Source: Hydrolagus colliei (lineage: Eukaryota). From it: a DNA stretch of 64,000 nt. Below the pieces are notes generated by a model. That model was not told where the DNA came from. It worked only from the letters and a program-made list of their open reading frames with translations, and searched no databases. Shown piece after piece: positions 11,395 through 22,300 of the stretch (position 1 is the first letter of the stretch; each line of letters begins with the position of its first letter). The position numbers and the translations under genes were made by a program. The stretch covers positions 9,114,001-9,178,000 of the forward strand of contig CM068749.1 in assembly GCA_035084275.1 (NCBI GenBank). Reading direction: 5' to 3'.

Positions 11395-11772
11395 CCTCTG
11401 GGGAAGAAAGAAAGAAGATTGACATAAGAGGTTCGGATTTTTTGGTGGGGTCAGTCGGCTGTCTGACACAAGTGGAGACCTATCACCATGTTTAAGACTG
11501 TTAAAGCAACTGAGAGTTACACCCAATAATAATCCTTCCATTCGATATAGAGCCTTATCACATTGTTGAGACTTCTCAAGGCACTTCACAGAATACTGCA
11601 AAATGAATTGACTGTATATTTTGTGGGCAAAGCATGCAAACCAATTGCATACAGCAATGTCCCACAAACAGTCGTGGATTGAGTGACCACATTATTATTA
11701 TCATTTTCTTTTGAAGGGATTATTACCCCCGGAAAAGCGATCTGCGAATCGAGTTCCATGTATAACACCTAC

Positions 11773-12716
11773 GTTTGGAAATTTTCCTGGATGTGAAATA
11801 GAATGAATTCACTCTCCCAAGAACAGTGCACCCTTCTTATAGAAGTCCAGAGAGAATTAGCCATAGGTTGGTAACAGCCCAGGCTTGGGGTACCCAGAGT
11901 GTGCATGGGTCACGGCTGGAGTTTAACATTTGGTGTTTTAGTTGGTTGTGGATTCAAGTTCACGGGCGAGGCTGACACTTCAAACCTGTGTTTGTGCATT
12001 GTCACCCATTAGATGAAACACTAAACCAAACTGCCTTTTGCCTGTTCAGGGGGACATTCAAGATACAGTACCTTGGCAGTTTTTGAAAGAGAAAGGGGAG
12101 TTTCTCCCGGTGTCATGGCCAACAACCCTCATTTAATGGCAAATTGGCTACTGTGTTTGCCTACAAATAACCCAATAAAATCCCATAACGTGTTTTGATT
12201 TCAAGGTAAGGCACTATATCAAATATAGGTTAATATTATTCATATCATAATAATAGTATTTATTTTTGCCATGAACCTTCTCTGTCTCTAGGCAAAATTG
12301 CATACTGTTGCATATACAAAAAAAAAACCTCATTCCAGATTTGCATGGGGAGGAAGGGGATGTGGTGAGACCCATTGAACTGGACAGAGATTGCAGTGGA
12401 TTCAAACCTTTTTTTAAAAAAAAATTAGAGGCGAAATCATGTGTACATTATCATACATTTGCTCCAAAACTCACCGTGACACTGACTTGCTTTGTGTCTT
12501 TGCTAACTCGGAATCTGTTGTTACCGGGGCTACTTGGGTGCCACTTCCTGAACTATTGCTTGTTTCCACTGTAGTCAGGGAAACAGCAAGTCAAAGCCAG
12601 ATTTCCAAGACATTAGCCAATGCATCGACTGCACGCATTGCTGGGGGTGTGCTGTTATTAGACCCAATGCATCAGCTACAGTTTGCATACATCAGTGTCT
12701 CACAGACAGCCATGGA
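11773..12716. promoter_or_regulatory. Putative divergent promoter region shared by the NmrA-like gene and NCF2
   Basis: Minus strand: TATAAGAAG (11841-11833) and a donor AAC|GTAGGT at 11773, a candidate non-coding exon 1; the coding exon has an acceptor 3 nt before its ATG. Plus strand: ETS/PU.1-type CACTTCCTG (12542-12550) and donor GA|GTAAGT at 12716, a candidate NCF2 5' exon; acceptor TTTCAG ends at 13332. Confidence 0.4.
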
Positions 12717-13364
12717 GTAAGTGAGCAATTTTATTTGGAGAATTGTTGGCCAGGACACCGGGAGATACTTTTAGGGAAATGATTTACCTTTATAAACTTG
12801 TCTTAATAATCTTAATGATCCACTTGAACAGACAGGTGGGACCGGGATTTAATGTTTTACCCAAAGGATGGCACCTCCCCCACCAAACCCCAATACTGTA
12901 TTGAAATGTCATCTTAGACTATGTTCTGATGTGGGGCTTGAACCCACAACTTTATGACTCAGTCAAAGGGTGCAGACAGATTTAAAAGGGAGACAGGGCC
13001 TTAGTTTAACGTCTTATCTGAAGGACTTCTAGCTCTCCTCTAGCTCTCTCATGCTTCGCAGGAAGATAAATGTGCAAAATTCTATAATCCAGGCCTTTTC
13101 AAATGCCAAGCAATCATCGACTCGTGACTTTATTATGCAATGATAGTGGCTGACAGTTTCCCGTACATTGTAACTGTGGTTCATTCCTAGTTATGATCAC
13201 ATATCCTGTAATGATTTTGTCACTTTTCGGTCAGGGTAGGAACCCATTTGAAAAAAAGAGGTAGTTTATATTGGCCATTATCACTGCATTGGTAAGGAGT
13301 TTGCTGCCGAAAGCTTCGGTTCCACCTTTCAGCCTGTGTGCAAGTTTGACACGCAAAGTTAACC

Positions 13365-16300
13365 ATGGGTTTAATGGAGACCTTAAAGCTATGGGATGAA
13401 GGGATCGCTGAGGCAGACCAGGGAGAATGGGCAACTGCACTGAAGATATTTACTTCAATAGACGAGGCCAGCTCCAAAATCTGTTTCAACATTGGCTGCC
13501 TGCACCTTTCACTGGGAGATCTGCAGGAGGCTCAGAAAGTAAGTGAGTTGGAAGGAATTTTGTTTGTGTGCTACAAGCCCATTCTCTGCAGAACTATTGC
13601 GGCCACCTGAAACTGAGTCCTGTAGCGTATTGGTGAGAGCGCTCACCTCACAAGCGAGAAGACTGGGTTCAATTCCTGGGCAGGGCAAAACCTTGGGCAG
13701 GTTTTCTTACTTCACACGCCTTTGTCTAAGCGCTCTGAGATGCCGTCCTTCGTGGAGGGCGCTATATAAATCATTGTTGTTGTTGTTGTTGTTGTCTACC
13801 TATCAGTAAGTAAGAACCCAGTTAGTCGATTGGAGGATCACTAACTGTAATAAACCCTTGCGAAAAAATGTGAGGGTGGGTGTGAGTATGGAGAGCAGTG
13901 AGAATTTTTTGTTTTGTTGTATGCATGTTCCGACGTGAAAGGCGCTGTACAGAAGGAATTTTGTTGTTGTTGTGTTTTTTTTCATGTTATAAAAGATTGT
14001 GAAACCGCTACAGCTGATGCAATAGTAATCCTTGCATTTTAATATCGTGCTTTTTGCATCTTCTAGATGTCTCAAAGCGTTTCACAAAATAGACTGTAAA
14101 GAGAATTCACTGCATATTTGTGGGCGAAACGCGGCAGCCGATTGTGCACAGCAGGGTCCCACAAACAGTCGTGGATTGAGCGACCAAATTATTATTTTAT
14201 TTTTCTCTTGAGGGATTATTGTCGAGTGTGTGGAGTAAGGAAACTTGCCCAAGGTTTCGCCCTGATGTGTTTTAATGTGAAGAATACCTAAAGCTGCCAA
14301 CATGTCCAGTCTGGAGTTTTCAAGTCACAAAAGTTTTCAGGTTGCTGCAAACAGTGTGTAACAATTGCACAAGTCACTGAGTTTAGTTATGTAACCGTCT
14401 TGTGGACACTGCAGAAACACCCGAAGCCTCGTTCATTTCCATCCACAAATCCAACCCGTGATATTCAATTTGGGGGGGGGGGGCATTTGTTGGCCAGGAC
14501 ACTAGGAGAAACTCCTTTCTCTTTTTGAATAGTGTCATGGGATGTTTAATGTTCACCTGAACTGGTAAACGGGACCTTGGTTTAACATCTCATTCAAAGG
14601 ACGGCATCTCCGACAGTCATGCAGCAGACTTCCAACGCTGGAAAGTGAGCCTGGACTTCAAAGTCCTGACATGGGATTTGAACCCATAACCTTCTGACTC
14701 AGAGATGAGAGTGCTACCAACTGAGCCAGCCTGACATGCAAAACAGTGTTGTCCTAACTGAAATGGAGGAAATTGTATATTGTGTCAATTTGTGTGGACT
14801 GATCTCTTTCCCCCTCTCTCTCTCTCTCCATTTCCAGGAATTTGATAAGAGCATCTGTAAGGATGAGCATTTGGCAGTGGCTTTCTATCAACGTGGGATA
14901 ACTTTCTTCAAAATTGAAAAGTAAGCTGCTTCTGCACATTGGAGAGGTTTGTGTGAGCTAGGTGTGCCATGCACTACTTCATTGCTTGTCAGACAAACAG
15001 GCTGAGCACTGCACTGAGCTGGGCTAAGGAAAGCTCTACCTTTTGACCCTCAAGAATTGCATTCAGATTGATTTTGCTTAGAGAGGATGGAGATGTTCTC
15101 TTGAACGTTTGGTTAGAGACATGGTTGTGTGAGGGACAAATTATATTTTCGGGCAGGACAATAAATCACATTGGCTTTGCCCGCCAGTCCAGGGTGTACA
15201 ATTCTCCAAAACTGATTCTCATTTTTATTTGGTTTCCATGCCGAACAATGTGGGCGATATCATTAAGTTAGGAGGTATTTTGTTATTCAAAATTTCAACA
15301 AAAAATTATAATTTTGAGGCAAAGGTAAAACTTGTTGAAGGAAAATCAATCGAATCAGATTATTTTGGAAAATAATTTTGGAAGTAGGACATTCAGCCCA
15401 ATGCAATGTTGAAGGATGACATTCGACCCACACTCCACACGCCTCTGTTTACCTTGCAGTAAGTAGGAACCCAGGTGTTCCAGGGGTAATTACCCTTCAA
15501 GAAAATTAACTTGGTCACTCAGTCTACGACTGTTTATGGGAAACTGCGGTGTGCAATTGACTGCCATGTTTCACGCATAAAATACAGTCAATTCACTTTA
15601 CAGTATATTCTGTGAAGCACTTTGAGCTGTCATGAAGATGTGTTAAGGCATGATACCAAATGCAAGGATTATTATTAAGAATTATTTCATTTGATATTTC
15701 CTTAACATCCGCTTAATCTATAGTGATTTTGAAAATGCCAAAAGTATCCCTGGAATACTGAAGCCATTTCCCTCCTGTTTTCCTTTTCTGTTGCCTTCCA
15801 GGTATGAAGAAGCCATTAGAGATTTTAAGGACGCATTTCATCAACTTAGAGGGAATTTACTGATAGACTACCACCAGCTAGGCCTGAGATACAAGCTGTT
15901 TGCTTGTGAGGTACATGGATTTATGAATTGTTTGTATTTTCATGCTGACAGAAACTCTTTCATGTCCTTTTATTTTATTCATGTTAATTATGTGCTCCCA
16001 CAAGTCACCAGTGGTAGTCCTGGAGCTCAATAGTGAGAGCACTCGCCTTACAAGCGAGAGACCTGGGTTCGTTTCAAGGCAGGGCAAAACCTTGGGCAAG
16101 TTTCCTTACTCCACATGCCTAATAATAAGCCCTCAAAAATAAAACAATAAATTGGTCATTTCAATCCACGACTGTGAGACACTGCTTTGCACAATTGGCT
16201 GCCGCGTTTCACCCACAAATACACAGTCAATTCGCTTTACAGTATATTCTGTGAAGCGCTTTGAGACGTCTACAAGATATAAAAAAGGCAATATTAAATG

Positions 16301-19300
16301 CAAAGATTATTATCATTATTCTTATTAAGTCAATCTAGCTGAACCAGTTGGGAAATTTCTTTCTTATGAACACATTAGATGTTTGCCCATTGTAACTGGG
16401 CAAGCCCGAACAGGTGACAAACTCACATTGAGTGGAGCAAATTTATGATGTGGCTGACGGATTCGAACAGCACTAAAATTTACCACATGAACAATATATT
16501 AAAGGCCTCCAATTTCACTGAACTGGTTTAGTCTGGCATGGTCAAATTAACTTGCTATAAAGTTTAAAGCAGTAATTTCAAGTCCAATGCTCAAAGATGT
16601 TCCTGGTTTTTAATTTTGGGTTGTTGAAGTTTTCCTACTGAAAATTCAGGACATTTGAATCTTTAACAATGTAAACTGGGTTAAATAATAATAATCCTTG
16701 ATTTTACATAGCGCCTTATCGTGTCGTTGAGACGAGTCAAAGCACTTTACAGAATATAGTGTGAAGTGGATTGACTCTGTCTTTTGTGCGCAAAACCTGG
16801 CAGCCAATTGTGCATAGCAATGTCCCTTAAACAGTGATGGAGTTTTTTTCAATCCTGTGAAGCTCTTTGAGACGACCGCCAAAAATGAAAGTCACAGTAT
16901 CAAATGCAAGGATTACTATTTTGTTTAGCCTTAACCACAGTTAATGTTGTCTTGACTGCCTGTTTTCCCAGGTGCTCCAAAACCAGGCACTGGCACATGC
17001 CCAGCTACAGGCATGGACTGAGGCGGAGGAGGTGTTGAAGAATGCTTTGGGTTTCAAAACCGAGCCCAAGCATAACTTTGTGGATGAGGCATTGGGAGCT
17101 GTTCGGGTATTGGCTTCTTTTGTACATTTGCAGGGTTCCTCTGCACATTGTCCTGCTCTCCTTGCATCCGCCTAAGGTGCTGAAGGACTATCATTGCAAT
17201 TTGTACCATTATGTTTGCAGCTTTGCATATCTGACCAAACTGTCTTGACTAATCTAGCAAATAAAACCTACTTGACCTTATATTGCACTTTAATGCAGAG
17301 TAGCATCTTGAAGTGCTGAACAATGATACAGGTTTATGCTGAGCCAACCTCATACTGATCTTCCTTTTCCATTCGCTCCATGTCCCTGACCTGCCATTCT
17401 TCCATTAGCAGTCTGGCCTTCAGTCTTTCTGCCCCCATCCTCTGGAACTCCACCTTGCCCATTACCCCAGCCCGCAGATCAGCTGCAAAACCCTCATTGT
17501 CCAGCACCTTGGGATGTCCTCCTGAAGTGAAAGATGCTATATACATTTTGGGGATAAAAGCGGAGGAGTGGGACTAGTTGGTAGCTCTTTCAAAAAGCCG
17601 GCAGAGGCAAGATGGGCCATATAGCCTCCATTTGCGCTGTAAAATTCTATGATTCTATACTAAATACAATTTGTTGATGTTGTTTCCCACTAGAGGAAAT
17701 ATGTATTTTTAATCATAAAACTGTTCAGCACTGCTCATTAAAAATAACCCTCCCCCATCTTGTCCCTCCTATGTACAAGGGCAGGAATATAAATACTGCA
17801 CTCTGATCCCTGTTCACAGAACCAGAAGCTCTTTGAACTATTGCAGCTGCCGAAAGGGAAGTTCTTCAGACCAAAGAAAACCAAAGTGGCCCAATTGGAA
17901 AAACAGGATTTTCTGGGAGAAGCCAAGGTACCAGCTGGAATTTCAATGCTTACTGGTGCTAAAAGAAGAGTGGATGCGCTGCTGGACTCTAAACACTAAA
18001 TGCTTTCCAATAGATATGCTATCAGCTGTCTCCTCCAAGGCCGGTCTCAAGACCTTCCTGTTTGATCGTGCCTTCTGCTGCCCTCCCACCTCTCTCCCTC
18101 CCCTAACCTGCTCATCCCCCGTGCTTGGGTCATGACCCCTGACCGTTCAGCGCCTTGGGACATCCCCCTGACGTGAAAGGCGCTCTATAAATATAATTTT
18201 GTTGTTGTTGTTGTTGTTGCATGATTTAATGGGATTCTTTCAGGAAGTAGTTAAGTTATTTGATGGGAGCTTTCAAGTGGAGACAATTTACACTACTTTG
18301 GCTTTAAGAATGCTTGATAAGGTTCCTCGTATGAGACCTTTAGAGAATGTTGAAGTCCATATTCCTTCTTTGGATGAGATGTTAAACAGAGGTCCCCCGG
18401 TTCAGTTTAAAGATCCTGAGGCATTATTCGAAAAGAGAGTTTCTCTCTCCCAGTGTCTTGACCAACAGATACACCCAAAATAAAATTGATCACTCACTCC
18501 ATGGCTATTTGTGGGTCACTTTTGTGTGCAGACTGGCTGCTGCATTTTGCCCACAAAATACAGTCAATGCATTTTCCAGTATATCCAGTGAAGCGTTTTT
18601 GGACATCTCCACAAAAAGATGATATTCTATAATAAATGCAAGGATTCTTGTTAATATGGCAATGGATGAAAAGTTGGCTAGTTGAATTGAACTGGTTCAG
18701 TGATAGAAAGTGGAGGGTGTGATTGGGAAAGACTTGCTGGGTTCCACGGAGAGTTATCTGAATTCCTTAATCTTCAGCTCTAGTTTTCCATTTCTTTCTG
18801 TTCCAGGTGGTGGCGTCGATCATTGACCATGATGAATTCTCGGGCTTTGCACCTCTGCAGCCTCCGGTAGCTTTTAGTTTCTGAATTCTTTAAGACGGTT
18901 GAGAACCTGACTTTTCACGTTTCAGGCCATCAGCATTGAATCTACCTGGTGGAGAGACTGTGTTTTCTCCAGAGTGTAACTTCTTGAGATGTATCTTCTA
19001 AGACTAAGATACCCAGCTAAAATTGGTCTTTCACACCAAGTCTATTTATGGGATATTGCTGTGCGCCTATTGGGTGCCTCGTTTGCCTACAAAATACACA
19101 GTCACTACGATCTACACTAAATCCTTTGAAGCACTTTGAGATGTACCCCCGAAGTGTTGAGGCATTATAATCAAATGCGTGTTTACTGTATTATATCATA
19201 CGTGAAAGCTATTGATGATAAGCAAGGTTTTTTTTATATTGAAGAAATGTGAATTACTGTCTGAACAAAAAGCTTAGTGGATGAATGTCTGATTAGGCCA

Positions 19301-22300
19301 TAGGTATAACTGAATGCGAGTGTGTCCTCTGTAGAGAATGGAACTTTGAAAAATTATAGGAAGATGTCAGAATCCTGTCCCTTGTCTGCTTAGTCAGATG
19401 TTGTAATTCTATACATACGCAGTGGACCGCGGCTCTCCAGTGCAAAGCCTAATGTTTCCCTGCAACTGTGGTTATCGCTTCATCACATCTTCAATTCTAT
19501 CTTAACAGGCTCCAGAATCCGTCTCCCAAATGAAACTTCCAGAGATACTGAAGTAAGTCTCAGTGACCCTCTTTCAAAAGGCACAAGCGGAAAACGGGCA
19601 TCACTCCACGCAGAGTCTCGTTGTTGTGATTGTCTGTGTGTCTGTGTCTCTCTCTCTATGTGTTTGTGGGTGTCTCTATGTGAGTATGTCTCTCTCTGTG
19701 TCTCTGAGTCCGTGTGTCCGTCTCTCTCTGTGAGTGCGTGTGTGTGTCTCTCTCTGTCTGTGTCTGTGTGTATGTGTCTTGCTTTGGGTGTCTGTTTCTG
19801 TGTGAGATGCTGGGCCCTGAGAGGCAGGAGGTGGTGAGCTCCTCTAGCCCCTCAGTCAGGACACTGGTCCAGAGTGTCTGCTTCTTGGTGGATCTCCAGA
19901 TGTTTCTAAGACTTCTCGTTCTTGTCGCAGTTCCCTGCAGGGAGAACTTTACCGGGTCCTGTTTAACTTCATCCCTAAAGGTGAACAGGAACTGAGAGTG
20001 CAGTCGGGTAACATAGTCAGTGTCCTGGAGAAAGGAGATGACAGTTGGGCGACAATCATGTTTAACAACAAGGTGAGTGCCTGAGCCAGATCGGAGCTCT
20101 GCTCCTTGAAAGGCAGCAATGAGGCCAGGTATTAGCCTGGCTCAGTTAGCAGCAGCAGCAGCAGCAGCAGCAACAAAATTATATTTGCATAGCACCTTCC
20201 CCGAGGCGCTGACCAGCACACTCGTCTCTGAAATAGATAGTAATTGGCTGCCGTGTTTTGCCTTGAAAAGATGAGGGAATTTCTCTCAGTGCCAGGCCAG
20301 CAATCCAACAATCCCCCTGATTCACGTCATGGCGATCTGTGGGACTTGTCTGTGGGACTGTGCCGTGCGCAGGTTGATTGAGCCACATTCACCCATAAAG
20401 TACACGGTCACCGCACTTTGCATAACATCCCGTGACCTTCACAACGTGTGAGATGCTGATATCAAATGCAGTTATTACAGTAATAATGACAACTTCTTCA
20501 TATCAGCTTCGTATCATCCCAGTTACTGTAACTGCATTTTGGAAATCGCTTCTTGCAGGAAGAGGAAGCAGCTTTTTAATGTGTGAAACGCAACCCGTGC
20601 TCAATACCCTGGTTTGCATTTTCAGTTCCTCTTTCTGTGTGTAGTTCCCTCGGATGAACTAGTCCACACTTTTGAAACCCCGCCAGTTGGGCTGACTCAA
20701 ATCGCACGCCCAATTCAGGGCAAGGAGGTTGTTGAGGGTCTGAAACTTGAAATCGTGGCTAGGTTTTTACACTCCAGATACACGCCAGAAATATAAATAA
20801 AATGATCTGATTTGCAAGGAAGTGGCATGATTTTCTGGTGATACTTATACCCGTAGAGCCTCTCTCTCTTCACTGAGACGCTGATGATATCCCAGGATGG
20901 ACTTTCAGAAATTGGGTGGGAAAAGGCTGAAGACCTGACTGCTGGGCTGGAATGTTGGGCTGGGCAAGGGCGGGGACATGGAGAAGGCCAGAGATTGTGG
21001 AGCATAGGGAGAGGACAGTTGGGAAAGTTTTCATCGGTCACAGATGTAGGGAAGAGCAAGACAATGGAGGGCTTTAAAGGTCTTTATGACAGGGCTCCTT
21101 GGTGAGATTGTATTACTCTAATTTAGCCTCTTTGAGACGGGTGACAATATCATCTATATTAGTGGCTGATCCATACCAATCGATACTAGTTTTTGGTATT
21201 TAACTGTTTTTCCACTCTCCTGCTAGGTTGGCTTGGTCCCTCTCAACTACCTAGAGCAACTGGAGCCTTTGAAGGTAAAAAAAAGAGCAAGCATGCTGAA
21301 TAACTGGTTTGGATTTTATTGAAAAAAATACCTTGTTTGGGTGCGTTGTGATATACAGAGTGCAGCTGATTTATTTTGCACTTAAAGAGATGTCACTGTT
21401 GGATAATTAAGGATTAATTATCGATGGGTTATTTTCCCGTTCCCATCGGGCAGCGGAATTTCTGTTCTGGAAGTGGATTGCAGTGCGGTGCAGTGTCAGG
21501 GTGATCGACTTCCACTTCACATTGGCTTGGATGCTTTATGGCGGAATGCAAGGAGTTTATTAAGAAATCCCTCAGATTAGACGCTGCCATTTAAGCAGAG
21601 GTAGAGCTGCACAGCACCCAGTGTCTTTTCTCCCAAAGGTGTGGTGATTGGATTAGCAGCCATACTGAGAAACAATGAGCTTCATCCAAACTCGCAGTGC
21701 AGCCTGACAATCCAGCATTACATATTTGGAGGTGATTTCAGGATGAAACGTTAAGTGAAGGTCTTGGGTATCTGTCTGTTCAGGTGGACGTTAGAGATCC
21801 CACGCAATACTCAAAAAGAGAAGTTTTTTTTTCCTCCAATGTCCAATTCACCAGATAAAGTTGGTCAGTCACCTCATGACCGTTTGTAGGAGATTGCTGT
21901 GTGCATTCACCTACAAAACACACAGTCATTATACTTAAGTGTAAATCCTGTGAAGTGCTTTGAGATGTCTCGCTGTCTTAATATGGTTGCCCACAGTCAC
22001 TTCACAGTATGTGCTGTGAGATGCGTTGGGATGTTCTCCCGACGTGAAAGATGCCATGCAAAATGTAAAAATAATCATCTTTATTTATATTATATCAAAT
22101 ACAAGCATTATTATTGTTAAAAGTTGGGCAACATTGCTCTGAGACACAAAGGCAACCTCTCCCACTTAACAATAAGAAAATATTTATTTTTCAAATGTAT
22201 TTTTAGGAATCATGAATTGTCTTTCTCCAAAAATTATTTGTCTTTTTCGATTAGGAAGTAGAATCTTTGTCTCCAAAAATCCCAGCACCTCCCACCGCAA

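Noticed and set aside
11398-11667. N-terminal extension of the 213-aa ORF upstream of MAEMVVVFG
   Set aside because: It runs through an intron containing a SINE; a polypyrimidine tract and CAG acceptor sit right before the real ATG.
12955-12962. AP-1/ARE-like TGACTCA near NCF2
   Set aside because: It lies in a SINE tRNA-derived segment where this string recurs, and it lacks the ARE GC flank.
16014-16090. tRNA-Val-like sequences (also near 7083, 10000, 13614, 25360, 36950 and 42450)
   Set aside because: They are SINE heads with broken stems, each followed by the SINE body, not functional tRNA genes.
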